Shown here piece by piece: positions 23,701 through 37,629 of a stretch of 64,000 nt of DNA (position 1 is the stretch's first letter; each line of letters opens with the position of its first letter). The translations under genes were made by a program, and so were the position numbers. The notes beneath the pieces were generated by a model. It was not told the origin of the DNA. It searched no databases and worked only from the letters and a program-made list of their open reading frames with translations. The stretch comes from Camelus ferus (taxonomy: Eukaryota), in contig NC_045697.1 of assembly GCF_009834535.1 (NCBI RefSeq), forward strand, positions 65,846,001-65,910,000. Direction: 5' to 3'.

Positions 23701-26009
23701 TCACTTACTTATTCCATTCTAATATAAGCATTAAAAACAGTTTTAAATGACCTTGGAGATTTGAACTGTCTTCTAGTAAATGCAAATTTATGGTACCTAA
23801 GAGTTTTGAAGGATAATTCTATTATAAACTTTATGCCTTCAAGTAGTACCAGAAATCCTACATAGAAAAGCACTGGTCAGTAATTAAATTGTGAGATAAA
23901 ACTTATCCCAAGTTTGCAGCACGATTTTTTTTGCCTCTTGAATCTTTCCAGGATCTTTCCATTCGTCTTTATTCCCAGCCCCAACAAACTCTGCAAGAGG
24001 TTTCAGGTCACCTGGAATCTAGTGGGTTATAGTGAACGTTGCCAGAATTAGTTATTCCACTTTATAAAAACTTCAGCCAAGACAAAAGGTTTTCTCATAG
24101 TTCAAATACACACTACCAACTTTCTCTCCTGTCCTCCCTCCCTCCCTCTCTTTCTCTCCTGTTTGTAGAGGGAGGAGGGGGAGGCACGAGGAGGAAGAGA
24201 ACAATGGAAAAGAACTTGAGGGGAAAGTGCTATGGGGGTTCATCGATTCGAAAATAGAACCCTGCAGTTGTCCTAGGAAATTGTTGGGCTACACTCAATT
24301 TTTTCTTTCCTAACAATTCTGCTTTCTTCCAATAAAAATAATGTTTGCTTTTGAATTGTCCTTCTGAATTAATGCCTATGTAGAAAACGTACCTCACATT
24401 TTTGAGTCAGTTACAGAAATTTAAGTGTGCTCACTCTCATCTCAGGGGCCACAGGAAAAGTATATTCTGGATCTTAAGATCATAGATTTTGAAAAAGCTA
24501 ATATAGTGCATGTAAGGAGAGATCAGAAAGTGGACTTTTTATAGTGTTTTTGGTAAACGTGAGAGTAAAATTATTTATTAAGCTAAAGATTGGGTGAGTT
24601 TCCACTGGATAAACATTACTGAATTTGAGAAGTTGATTTTAAGCCAAATCCTTTATATTTTGTATCTTCGTTGGGATAACAAATTGCAAGAACACGGGAG
24701 CGGTCGGGTCGGGGTTGGGGTGGAGGGAGGGAAGTGAGAGAAGGTTAGTTTAATTGCTCCTGCAGCCTCTTCTCTCCCCAGCACCTTGAAAAACGGAGTG
24801 CACCGCAAACTGTGTTTGCAGAGAGACTAATGCTCGAGGGAGCGCAGTTCTGGTCTTGAGGGGGGAACCGAGGAACAAGTTATTAACTGACCACCTAGGG
24901 CTCCGTGGTTTTCACCTGAAGCCGACCACCAAGGGAAGTCCGAGCCTCCGCCGGCTCTCGGCGAGTTGTGAGCAGCGGCTCACGACGCTTTCCAGGGGCA
25001 GAAACAATGCACCTGTCCCTTAGATAACCTTTTGCACCCAATGAGTCTGCCAGGCTCACGATAAACATCAGGAATCTTCGGGGCTGCTGAATAAATCAAG
25101 CGATTGCTTCTAACACATTTCCATTTCGCTTACAATAAGCAGACTCAACAGGCATGGACATAGAGCTACCTTGCAGGATGAGCGCACACGTATTTTTACA
25201 GTTATTCGGCTTGGTTTGCTTGCGTGCATGTGTGGCTGGAGAGAGAAGAGAGGACATAGAATTCTTTTACCTGTTATGAATCTGAGTGAGGGAAGGACAG
25301 GACTAAGAAAAATAAAGTTGTGATTTTTTTTTCTCAAAGAAAACAATCTATATTTCATTCCTCAAAACTATTTATACTCATTTTGTTAGCCAGAGTTAAA
25401 AGACTCTTACAAAGTTATTACATTTCTTTTCTTGGACTCTTAGAACTTTCAAAACAGAAATGGCATCAGAAGCATCTTCCTTCCTATCTTTTATAAATGA
25501 GGAAACTACTGCCCCTGACTTGCCCCCAAATTACACAGCCAGAAAATGTCAATATCCAGAACATACTCACTCACATCCACTAGGTCAATGTACCCACATT
25601 TTTTTTTCTCTAAGAAAATCAATTGAATAGGAGCTACATCTATGTAAATTTCAGGTCCCCCGCCGCCCCCGTACCACAATGATAGTCAGGTATTTATACT
25701 TGTGAACGTTAGTGGCATTACATATGAGTTGAAGAAAATGCCAGCTTCATTTAACGAAGTCACTTTACATTTCTTCTCAAGAGAAAAACAGCCATACAGA
25801 ATATCAGATTGAAAATTCTATATCACACTGATTGAAAAGTGAGGATGACTTCTTCTGACCCATCAAGATACGCACAAAAAGACAGATTACTTTGCGGTAA
25901 ATTAAATACTCAAAGTTCAAATGAGGACTTAACCTCTTTTTTCTTTCCTTCATTTGATTTCTTTTAACACTGGCATTTCTTTGAAAGAGATGTACAATCA
26001 CATTTCCAT

Positions 26010-26560
26010 GTTAAGGTTCTGCTATGGAGTTTGCATAACAAACGTTTGGCAGCTCGCTCTCTTACACTCCATTAACAAGCTGTAACATATAGCTGCAGGT
26101 TGCTATAATCTCATTAATATTTTGGAAACTTGAATATTGAGTATTTCTGAGCGCTCATTCCCCATATGCCAGACCACTCCTGCCATGCTGACTGGTTCCT
26201 TTCTCTCCATTATTAGCAATTAGCTTCTACCTTCCAAAGTCAGATCCAAGTATCCAAGATACTAGCAAAGGAATCAACTATGTGTGCAAGTTAAGCATGC
26301 TTAATATCACCCAAACAAACAAAGAGGCAGCATTTCTTAAAGTAATGAAGATAGATAAATCGGGTTAGTCTTTTGCGACACTGCTGGTGCTTTTGAGAGT
26401 TTTATATACTTTAAGCAGCTTGCTTTATATTCCGTCTTATATTCTGTCTTCCACCCCACTACCACTTTTATTTGTGGAGGGTTTTGGCTCATCACACTTT
26501 TTGAAACTTATTTGATTTCACAGAAAGCTGAAGGAAGAGGCTTTTTGACAACAGGCAAGT
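26010..26560. promoter_or_regulatory. ATOH1 3' enhancer A
   Basis: About 3.3 kb after the stop codon. Recognised conserved text (gtttgcataacaaacgtttggcagctc...ccattaacaagctgtaacatatagctgcagg), SOX/TCF-type AACAAAG at 26318-26324, E-box CATATG at 26163. Confidence 0.85.
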
Positions 26561-27099
26561 TTAAACTCTTCTCCATGGGACCTTGCTAACTGGGGGCCCA
26601 GCTTGACCAGAAAAAAAGAAAAAAGAAAAAGAATCTTAACCAACACAGGGCCAAAGCTTTCACTAGGCCTTTCTATTGATTTTAGAGACTTAAACCTTAA
26701 CCAAGTAAGTAGTCTTTCATGTAAGGGTGTCTTGTAATTATTTCTCTTCTCTGTTCATTTGAATGTTCAAGAAACAGGTGATCAACTTCTGGGCAGTTCC
26801 AAAGCCCAGTTAGAGCTGGAAAGTAAAAGTAGCAGACCCATCTGGCAATTGCAGTCTAGACTCGTCATCTGCAATCTGGAAAAACCAGCAAGTACTAGTG
26901 AGAGTTAAAGACTACCTCTAGCAGCTGAATCGCTTGCAGTTAGTTAGTTTTGTGAGGAGGATAGTTATAAAAAGGTAACGCTTTTTCTCGCTGTTTTGGA
27001 CCCCGCACTCACCAGCCACCCTCAACCCCTAGGCTGAGCAGAGTTCCAGCCGCCGACCACTGAGGTCTCTCCCCTTCTGCTGGGCCACCAACAAGAAAA

Positions 27100-27520
27100 G
27101 GCGAATGGAGAGGAGAATGGGTTAAAATCCTGGGACGCCAGGCAGAGGCAGGGGAGGAGAGAAGTCTGGGGGAAGATAAAGAAAAGGACAGGAACCAAGA
27201 AGCGTGGGGGTGGTTTGCCGTAATGTGAGTGTTTCTTAATTAGAGAGCGGTTGACAATAGAGGGGCTGGCAGAGGCTCCTGGCCGCGGTGCGGAGCGTCT
27301 GGAGCGGAGCACGCGCTGTCAGCTGGTGAGCGCACTCTCCTTTCAGGCAGCTCCCCGGGGAGCAGCGCGGCCACATTTAACACCATCATCACCCCTCCCC
27401 GGCCTCCTCCACCCCGGCCTCCTCCTCGTCGACAGCCTTCCTCGGCCCCCCACCGGCAGAACTCACAGAAGCGAGCGTCTCTCGCCGCCTCCCTCGCCCG
27501 GCCCCGGCCCCTCTCCTCCC
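27100..27520. promoter_or_regulatory. ATOH1 3' enhancer B (autoregulatory); CpG island continues to ~27800
   Basis: C-site CACGCG at 27310-27315, E-box CAGCTG at 27320-27325 and overlapping reverse N-box CTGGTG at 27323-27328. Confidence 0.9.
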
Positions 27521-28959
27521 CCGGCTTCGCAGCGGGAGCCGCCACTGCCCACTGCACCTCCCGGCAACCAGCCCGGCGAGAAAAGAAGCCGCGCAAAGTT
27601 AAAGCCAAGCAATGCCAAGGGGAGGGGAAGCTGGAGGCGGCGGCGGCAGGCGAGCTGAGGGGTCGCCCGGGAAGAGTTGGGCTGGGGACTGAGGCACCTG
27701 AAGCAGTGAACCGGGACAGGGAAGCAGGCGCATCCTCCCGCCCAGGGGCCTTGCAAACGCTCTGCGCGACTACTCGGCCCAGGGCTTGCGGTGGAAGATC
27801 CACTCACTTTTTGCAGGCAAAGATACAGTTCTCCAGTCCCTCCCTTATTCTAAAATATCCCATATTCTCTCTATATGTGGATGCTGTTAAAATTAGTTTC
27901 AACTTTAATTGACAACAGAGCACGGGCACTGTCTCCCACAATCCAGGGCTCAGACACGTGTATGACTCACTTTCCTTCAGCTCCTTAAGAAAAGAAAAGC
28001 AGAACTAAGCATTTTGGTACAAAGATTTGAGGCCTCTCTATATCCCAGAATTCTTCTCCCTATTTAAGTCCTGCTTCAAAACCAAAAGGCAAGTAAAACT
28101 GGTTTTTGCTGCCTGATCTGCAGGAAGGCCAGGCCTCATGAGTTCCCCCAGGGAAACCAGAAGTTTCCTCCATAGGCATGAAAACAAGCTGCTCTCTAAT
28201 ATAAGTTTGGGGTTTTGGTTTTGGTTTTGGGTTTTTTGTTTGTTTGTTTGGTTGGTTGGTTGGTTGGTTTTTTTTAGTTTTAACAATTCTGATTAAAAAG
28301 TTAAGCGGTTCAGTGATCTGATGAAGGAAATGTGTTCTGATGGCCGGCAGGTTCAGCCCAGCTACTGTCAGGATGACTAAGGAAGGTATGAGTTAGGGTC
28401 TGAGGTGGCTGTCTTGGGGTTTTCCAAGCCAACAGATGCTCTTTGGGGCCACTAGTCACTTACTTGTCTCTTCTAGAGACAGTTCTTCCTTCCTGCCCCT
28501 ACAAACTCTTGGTGATGAGATGCTGGTGGGGGAAGGCCTAGGGTTGGGAGGAGTTCTCATTGTATGGCAGGGGTGATGGATGAGTTGGCATTTCAGGAAG
28601 GAGCAGGTGTCATTTGCGGCCTTTATATCTTAAAAGCCACAAAACTAAGATCTGAAAACATAGGGCCACTGGTTGACCAGGAAAGTGGCAAGTCAGTTCT
28701 CTTCCCTTTTAATAACATGTATCTGCTTCCGGAAACAGCCTAGCGGAAATGTACAGGATACTTTTTTTTTTTCTGAAAATTTCTTATAACCCAAAAGATG
28801 TTGATTTGGCAGGTCAAAGAAGAAAGCCAAGAGGCTTCCTACAGGATTCCCAGGTGAATCTGACCCAAGTAGAGCCACGGACTGACCTACAGGAGTCTCT
28901 ATTAGACCTCTTCTTGAGATTGCCTATAGAAATGGACACTGGCTAGCAATCCCCTTTTG

Positions 28960-28960
<1 letters not shown>

Positions 28961-29012
<52 letters not shown>
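28961..29012. repeat. (GATA)13 microsatellite
   Basis: 52 bp of perfect GATA units. Confidence 0.98.
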
Positions 29013-32000
29013 CTTTTTCCCAAGAAGAGAGAAGCAGACAACTTAGCTTCTTGGATCCTATGGACCTGACTTTGTTGTTTCAGCCTATGGAGCCTGGGAC
29101 AAGATGCTTGAGGCCTGAGATATTTCAACCCTAAAGTGACACTAGCTGCCTTTGGAGGCATAAGGGGATACAAGCCCAGGAGGTACGAGACCCTCTGGCT
29201 GGGTGAGAGAAGCCAAAATCATAACCACTGAGTGCTTGTGAAAAGCAGGAGACAAGAATTTCCTTAAGCTACACAAACTCTAAGAGAAATAGAGGGACTG
29301 AGTCAGGTTGTCACATGCCCTTAGTTAAAGGTCAGTAAATGAAGTCGCCTCACTGTGAAAACTCAGCATGAATTTAGAGGGCCATTCACGTTAATGGAAG
29401 AGTCAGTCACGTATAACCTGACTGAAAAAGTAGTTGTTCCCTTGTTTTGAAAATGATCATTGAGAATACAGAGAAAAGAAATTTTATGATTTAGAAGGCA
29501 ATGGTTTCATGAAAGAGTGGGAGGAACTTCCTTTGATGACTAATTCTTTTATTCCTTCCAAACTCTTGTCAAACTGCCTCATTCATATTCCCCCGTGTTC
29601 CCCTTCTCTTCATCAATGAATGGTCATCTCCTGGTGCTGATGGCAGAGCAGCACTGACTTAACCGCCGGGAGAGAAACACAAAAACAAAACAGAGTCCCT
29701 GTCCTTACAGAACTTAGAAGTTGGTGGAATTTCAGAGTAAAACATGGAAAAAAAGCTGTGTGCCCTAGGTGAGAGTGGCATTCTTGCTACAGAGAGGCCA
29801 ACCAGCTTTATAGTCTTATGTTTGCTGTCAAATTATTTCATCCACAGATCCAAGGGTACCCTGTTCATAGCCTTCATTGCTTCCCTCAAAGAGTTTGCTG
29901 ATTAGCTCATGCTAATCTTCAAATCAACCGCAATCCCAGTATCTTCCTTTTGAATGCAAAGGATACCCTTATTTTGTTTCTTATGAAGTTATTAGTGAGA
30001 GTATAGTCATGAATTCATACCAGAAGAAACTGAGACTCTGAGAGACATTAAATGGCCTGCAGAAGGTAAGGTAGCCTCAGTCCCGCAGAGACCATGGCCA
30101 CAGAAACCCAGGTCTGCTCTGAGTCTAGGGTCAGAGTTCTATCTACCACATTTCACCTGCTTCAGATGTCTATCTTCACAGCCAGCCATCTTACACCTGC
30201 TCCTCCTATTCTTAGTCAAGCCTGTTGGTGATGGAGATTCCTACACTCTTTCAGTATACATTTGTTCCAGAGAGAGATCATTCTTTGCAAATGGCCATGG
30301 ACCAGACTCCAATTCCAGGTGGTAAGTTTTAAGAGTACCTGGTTAGAAACACTTTCGTTTCAGATGTCAGCTTTGCTCCTCTGATTCAACTGATACTGGA
30401 CATGAGTGTCTCTTATTCTGTATAGAAATTCATTTCTGCTCTCATCTGGAAAAATCCATCCAAATACTAAATACACATGTAGGTTAGGGAATGAGACAAA
30501 AGACTGTTACGTGAAAGTGTGTCCTGAAGAGTAATGACCCCAAAGCAGTTCATTTCCCATATTTGTCACTCCATCAATGCTTGTAAGGATGGTTAAGAAA
30601 GTTGGGCTATAATTTTTATTGTTTCTTTCCAAGGGTGAAGTAAATTAACCTGCTACATTTGTAGCTGTGTATTCATTCAGTGATAACATGCATTTTTTAT
30701 TTGCTTGGTCATCTGAGCTATTGGCTTTTTCCTCTCAAACCTTTCTCCAAGTAAACGTTTACCACTGCCTGAGCAGTTTAATGTCTGAAAAAAATACCTC
30801 TTTGTTTTAGAAATTCTGTTCTCTACCTATCACGAATCAGGACTCTATTACAGTTCTTTCTATTCATTGGTTTAAGGCAATTTCTTCTGTATTGCTTGTG
30901 ACTTGGATGCTTTCACAACCCCCTCTCCTCAGGAGTGAAGTGGAGAGTAGGGAGTATTTGAAAAACAGAAAATATTTCTAATCAAAAAGGAATGCTTGCA
31001 AGCAGTTACATGGGCCACATTTTAAGACCAAGAAATAAACTTTGTGCTTGCTGTCGAGCCTAGATATTTCCCCACAGGCTATGCACCCCTCACTGCTCTT
31101 TCCCACCCACATCCCAGGACAGCTCATAAGGATTTATTTCAGAGCCCTTTATGCCAAGACCTAAACCCAGACTGCCTCCTAACATGTCCCGTGTTATAGT
31201 ATCATGTGACCCACCATGCTAAACTTCTCCCCACTATTTTGGACTGTCTATATGACTCCTATATCCAGAAAGGGAGTTCAAAGCTGTGACAAAGGCTCTT
31301 TTCCATTTAGCCTTACTCTGAAAACAACCCGAAGGAATTCACTGGTGTTAGCTAAGAGGCTACTTTCCCAATATTTTGTTGTATGTGTCTCTGCTTGTCC
31401 CTGCAAGGTGTCCATTTTGCTATCAACAAAGACAGGTGTGACCTACTCAACTCAAGGACATTGGCTTTGTTTCGGTGTTGCTCAGTCAAAGACTATGTTA
31501 ATGAGGGAGCCCTGGCTGCTCAGGGCTATAGAAAGGGAGGAGTCATTTAGTTGGGTCTTTTGGGGAGAGTCTCTTGGGCACTTTCCCACGTGCTAGGCAT
31601 TTTAAATGCAGGTTCCTCTCAGTAGGTCCCTCCCAACCCTCACATTCCTGGAAAATAAAGAAGGAAATAATTCACTTACTAAGTAGGGGTTGTCCTCAAA
31701 ACTCTACTTTCACCTCTGAGCTCACTTCCTTCCTGGTGCCTCCTTAGTCCTCTAAGGTCTAGTAAAGATTCATTTTTTTCCTTTTCTCCTGGAACCTCAA
31801 GCAAAGTTCCACATATTCCATGGATACTGCTAATTTATTTTTAAAGGGCCAGACACTTGAGGGTAGGAACCAATATCTCCTTTGACTCTGCCACTGTCCC
31901 AGTTGTAAACAGATAATGCCCAGGGAAGAGAGACGTGAGAATCAAGGTCACCCAGGCCTCTAAGTGCTCTACGGGCCACAGAATTCCTTGTCTCACGGTC

Positions 32001-32329
32001 TCTCTGAATTAGATAGACTCATTAAAGTGATTGCAGCCAACACCAGAACCTCTCTCTATCTTGAAAACTCCTACAAGGCCTTTCTAACAGGTTGTCCCTG
32101 CCCTTCTTTAACTTTTTTCCTAACCCCTGCAATCCCCAGGCTGAGGTAAGTGCTCCCAGCTCTGTGCTCCAATGGTCCTTTTAACAAGTGCCATTGAAAC
32201 TATTTAGGAAGAGCTTTTCCATAAACCCTCCATGAGCCGCTGGAGTCAGGGCAAGGTCTTATTCACCTTTGTATCTGAGCTTAGAGATCCCCAATACGCC
32301 TTTCCAGGGGTTATCTGGAACGACCAATG

Positions 32330-33320
32330 CCTGGAGGCCAGACTTGGAAAGCTGCGGTGGGGACCTGAGGACGCGAGGCCGCCGCTCCGATCACACCACG
32401 CGGTCCCCGGAAGGCCACCGACCTGCCTTTTTATCTTCTTTCCCCCTCACCTTGCCTCTCAACTTTTCTTTTCTAGACCATTATTCCCTCCTGCACACCA
32501 TCTTCCCTTCCTTTTCATTAGCTCTCGAGGGCTCCTCATTCAACCTCTTCTTTCGATTTTCCCTTCCACTGCCCCCAGCCCTGCGTCATCCCTTGGTCCC
32601 TTTCCCACTTTTTTCTGCCCCAACCCGCCCTCGACCTTCGGTTCCCAGTACTGATCCTTCTTAGCTAGTGGTTTTATTTCGCGTCTCTGCTCCTTTGCCA
32701 ACACAGCCCTAGCCTCATCGCTCTGCAGTCCTCGGGTTCAGCCCTCTTGGCCTCTCGCCTCCTACAGTCAGGGCAAGACCCGAACAGCCGCCTCGCTGCC
32801 TGGCGAGCGGACAGCACCGCTTCCTCCCAGCGGCGAGGCGGGGGCTGCTGCTCGTTAACATCTTGCAAAGATGGAAAAATCTGCAGCGCCTCCTGTAGGA
32901 GCAGCTGCGGGCGTGGTCCCTTAACCCTGGCAGGGGAAGGGAGCAGAGGCGGGAGGTGCAGGGGGAGGAGAGAGCAGGGGAAACTGGATCTCCTGTCACT
33001 GTGAACTCCCTGCGTTTTTTCTCCCCTATTCTTTTTCCCTCCCCGCTTTCTCCAGACAAAAATACCCAGCAGTGTTTCGGTGGCTGCGCTGTCGACTTTT
33101 GCCTCCTAATCTCGGTTAATCAACTCGGGATCACTGATGCAGGTCAGCATCAGCTCATCTGCTTGATCAAGAGTCAGAGATCTCTATTTCTTCTGCGGTC
33201 AGAATTCTTCCCCGGACAGGCACCTTGCTATAGTAACCTTCACTTAATACTCCCATTATCTTGAGCATCGGAGCTCACCGACACGGCTTTTCTCAGAAGG
33301 ATACCTCCGCCGGCCTGCAG
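32330..33320. promoter_or_regulatory. Orphan CpG island ~10 kb downstream of ATOH1
   Basis: High GC and CpG density against AT-rich flanks. No credible ORF and no repeat recognised. Confidence 0.6.
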
Positions 33321-34322
33321 GACTCAAGGAACAGGCTTCAAGGAACATCTTTTTCAAGTTCACCTTGACTGCAACCCAAAGAACGTGTTGCTGCTTTCAA
33401 CACCAAATAGCCACTAAACAATATACTTTTCAGGATAATTTCTCTCTAAAAACAATCCTCCGTTCTTTCTGTTTCCCTTCAGTTCATTTTCATCTAGGCA
33501 ATAAATGAAATTCTCCCAAAGACTCTGTCTTCAATTGATGGGAATAATTTCTCATCATGCTTGTAAACTGGTTTGCAGGCCGTTTATAAAGAACAATAGA
33601 GGAAATGAAATGAACCATTCAGAACTGTGTCCTGAAGTTTACCAAGGTAATTGATCCTTTCACTGGATCCTTCTGAATTTTTTGACAGTAAACTAGTTTC
33701 ATCCCTAACTGATGGTTTCACCATTATACGTTTCACAGACAACAGAAGATTTAAATAATTTCAAATTGTACCCCATAAGTAAAAAATGAATGAATGCATA
33801 AGATATTTGGTTAAAATAATAATACCTGTAGAAATCAGAAGAGAGAGGGAGAAGGGAGGGAGAGAGGAAAGGAGAGGTGGAGGGAGGGAGGGGGGAGAGA
33901 GAGAGAAAGCTGCTTCAAAACTTGCAGAAGGGATTTGCACCTGTAGGACCTGAGGTTGCTTAATGCCTGCTCAAGTCTAGAGGTATTCTCCAGGACAGCT
34001 GGCAAACAGGGGGTTAATCATTACAGAAAATGATGCATCATATCTTTTCAGTTTGCTTTATACAGAAGGGCAGTAAAGATTTATGCTTTAGCAGGAGGAT
34101 TAAATGTATTTTCAGAGTGTGGTTGCCTCCTTTGAAAGTTTAATTTCTAAGGAAATGTAGATAGATCATATGTCTTAAGGAACATCCCCAGCTCTCCCTA
34201 AAAGAGCTCTGATTCTGGGAGAAGATTACTTGATCTTCTTAGGCTATATGAAAATTTCTTAGGTTCCTGAGACGTTCCAACATCGAAGGCTTATAAGAAT
34301 ATTGAACTGTAGTAACATTTTT

Positions 34323-34451
34323 GCCATTTATAAAATTGAAGTGTAGCTGATTTACAATGTTGTATTAGTTTCTGGTGTACATACAGCACAGTGAGTCAGT
34401 TATACAAATGTATATACATATTCCTTTTCAGATTCTTTTTCATTACAGGTA
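34323..34451 (-). mobile_element. Very short 5'-truncated L1 3' end
   Basis: aattgaagtgtagctgatttacaatgttgtattagtttctggtgtac..., with TSD-like TAGTAACATTTTT (34310-34322) and TAGTGACATTTTT (34452-34464). Confidence 0.75.
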
Positions 34452-35599
34452 TAGTGACATTTTTAAAAGAAAAAATATTCTAGATATTTCATTAAATTAG
34501 GTAATAGTTTTGGGCTAAATTAGTTTACTTTCTTGCAATGTTTAAAAAAGAGAGTTTCATCCTCCAATAGTCATAATTACTGCTAATTGTATATTAATTT
34601 AGATAAATTTAATAAACCTTTTTCTCATAGAGACGATGCTTACTTCTGTCTTATATTTGTGAACAACTAATTCATGGATCTAAATAATATAGGTATCTCT
34701 TATTACTATATATTTCTCTGGTATTGTGTCTTCCACTTCCAGTAAAGCAAGGTTGAAAGAGCTTTCTGTCACCAGCTAGCTATTAACAAAAACAGTATTC
34801 ATTGCCGTCTGCTTTTAGGCAGCATCTGAAGCTCCCTGCAGTTGGAGCCTGTGATTATTAACTCACTTCCCACCAGTATCTTATACAGGCCCATTATCTA
34901 CTGTCAATATTTTTAGAGCCTATGAGGAGAAGTCCTGCTTACTTCCTGTTAGAAGGGAGGTGACAGGGTTTTTTCTTCTTTTTTTAAGTAGATAAATATG
35001 TACTCTACAAATATGTTTGACTGAGGAGGGGAAAAGGGAGGGAAAGGGGAGCCTAGCATCTGCTGTCTCGCAGGCTCATTGTGTGGTTAATAATTGCTCC
35101 AGAATAGTTTTACAGGGTGTAGGCTTTCAGAAATATGGAGTCCTGAAAGATCCAGGCCTGACAACTTTTTTCAGTTCTGTTCACACACCAAACCCCAGAC
35201 CGTTGGTAAGGTTTCATTGTTGTTGATGTTTTTTCTAACCTCAACTCTGTGTAAACCATGTTGCTTTGAGAAATCTCTTAAGGTACATTTTCCTGAAAGG
35301 GATGAACTGGTGTGTGATTTCCTCGTTCAAGAGAATGGGGCTTCACAACATTAGACTGTCAAAGGGATAGATTATGAACACAAGGTTAGTGTTGTCAAGG
35401 CTCTACTTTGTTTGAATAAACATTAAAAAAAGTTTATGCAAACACAGCCATTAGTTCAAAGTATGTATTTTATTATTTATTTTTTAAAATTTACATATAT
35501 GTACTGTTCATTGTTTCAAAGTATGTACTTTAAAAAGTGACACTTATTACCTTCCTGTATTCTCTATCTCATGGCTACTCTGATCAATTAAAAGACTGT

Positions 35600-36425
35600 G
35601 ACACTCAATCCAGTCAGGATGGCCATCATTCAAAAGTTCATGAACAATAAGTGCTGGAGAAGGTGTGGAGAAAAGGGAGCCCTCCTACACTGCTGGTGGG
35701 AATGCAGTTTGGTGCAGCGATTATGGAAAACACTATGGAGATTCTTCAAAAGACTAAAGGCAGACTTACCATATGATCCAGCAACCCCACTCCTGGGGAT
35801 ATATCCAGGGGAACTTTAATTCAAAAAGATACATACACCCCAGTGTTCATAGCAGCACAATTTACAATAGCTAAGACATGGAAATGACTTAAATGTCCAT
35901 TGACAGATGACTGGATAAAGAAGCTGTGGTATAGTTAAACAATAGAATATTATTCAGCCATAAAAAATAATAAAATAACATCATTTGCAGCAACATGGAT
36001 GGATCTGAAGATTGTCATTCTAAGTGAGGTAAGCCAGAAAGAGAAAGAAAAATACCATATGTTATCACCTATATGTGGAATCTAAGAAGAAAAAAAAAAG
36101 GCACAAATGAACTTATTTACAAAATAGAAACAGACTCACAGACATAGAAGACAAATTTATGGTTACCAGGGGGGAAAGGAATGGGAAGGGGTAAAATGGG
36201 AGTTGTGAGTTTGAGATTTGCAGATACTAACTACTAGATATAAAATAGATAAACAAGTTTCTTCTGTATAGCATAGGGAACTATATTCAATATCTTATAG
36301 CAACCTATACTGAAAAAGAATATGAAAACAAATATATGTGTGTATATGTATGACTGAAGCATTGTGCTGTACACCAGAAATTGACACAGCGTTGTAAATG
36401 GACTGTACATCAATTTTAAAAAAAG
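35600..36425 (+). mobile_element. 5'-truncated L1 (ORF2 C-terminus and 3'UTR)
   Basis: ORF2 C-terminal motif [23 protein letters not shown]...[14 protein letters not shown], followed by L1 3'UTR and an A-rich tail. Confidence 0.92.
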
Positions 36426-36639
36426 GTTTAAAAACAAGACAAAACCCCACAAATGACAGCAAATTTTCAGAGATGTGGGATGACATGAAATATTCTGGTG
36501 AATTAGGATATTTTTAATATAAATTATGACATACAATATTCAACTTTGAAAATTTTCAAGTTGAAAATGTTTCTGTCAAGAATTAGAAGTGGAAGGTTCT
36601 TTCTGTGTTTAGAGTTATATCTTTTAAAAGAACAGTATA

Positions 36640-36815
36640 TGTGAAGTCAATAAATCTAATTTTCATTCTGAGTTTTTTTCACTTATTGGTTCTGTGTATG
36701 TGGAGCAAAGTATTTACTGCTCTGAGCCTCAGTAGCCTTATCTATAAAAAGGGAAAGAACCATTAAATTTGAGCTTTTTACCTCAGGGGTTATTGTGAGA
36801 ATCATGTAAGATCAT
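36640..36815 (+). mobile_element. MIR remnant
   Basis: ctctgagcctcagtagccttatctataaaaaggg...cctcaggggttattgtgagaatcatg. Confidence 0.6.
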
Positions 36816-36929
36816 ATATAAGATATATATTATATATATATATATATATTTTTACATATGTATTTGTATGTATATATGAATTATATATTAAATATTTTTA
36901 TAATAAGATAAAACATGAGAATCATGTAT

Positions 36930-37270
36930 GTGTCAGTCAGATAAGGCCAGGTTATGCTGTGGTAACAAATAAGACCAAAAATCTCAGTGACCTAAGCAAC
37001 AAAATTTTATTTCTTATTCATAATACAAAGCAACAGGTCAGTTAGAGCTTAGCTTGTGATACTTAAGAAACCAGAATGACACAGTGGACATCATCTCAAA
37101 TATTGCTAGAAACCAGATGCAGAGGGAAAGAAAGATCTGGAGGTAATCACATCATCTGCTTGAAGCTGACACACATCACTTCTACTCCTAATTCACTGGC
37201 CCCATTCAATCACAGAGAGGTCAGGAAGCATGAACCTACCATGGAAGAAAGCTGGGGCTACTTAGAGTAT
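36930..37270 (-). mobile_element. Old MaLR LTR (MLT1I/J/K-like)
   Basis: Antisense MLT1 end: tgtcagtcagataaggccaggttatgctgtggtaacaaat...aatctcagtgacctaagcaacaaaattttatttc. Confidence 0.6.
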
Positions 37271-37629
37271 AGCCTTAAATATAACAGACTTCGTGGGGGA
37301 GAAATTATAAACGGCATAGTGCTTTGCAGGTGAAAAGTGTTATTTATGAAAGAACACTGGGGATTTCTGGGAATTAGGGGCTAACATGAATTCATCTAAC
37401 ATCAGTACCCTTTTGTGATTTAACTCTATAAAGTGAACTTACTCAGAGGTCATTAAATTAAATGGATATATTCCCTCAGAGATACAGAAAACATTGGCCC
37501 AAGCTTTTGGAGATGAAGCTTGACATTTTACTTAATTCCAGGACAGATCACACTTTTCCTAGCAAATAGATCCTTAGACATTCACTGAAATATCTGATTT
37601 TTTAAAAAACGGATTTTTTTTGCTATATA

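Noticed and set aside
27022..27912. ORFs of 68-187 aa over enhancer B
   Set aside because: Low-complexity G/P/A/R translations of a CpG island known as regulatory DNA.
32795..32820. Full REST/RE1 site
   Set aside because: Only the right half (GGACAGCACC) is present; the TTCAGCACC left half is missing.
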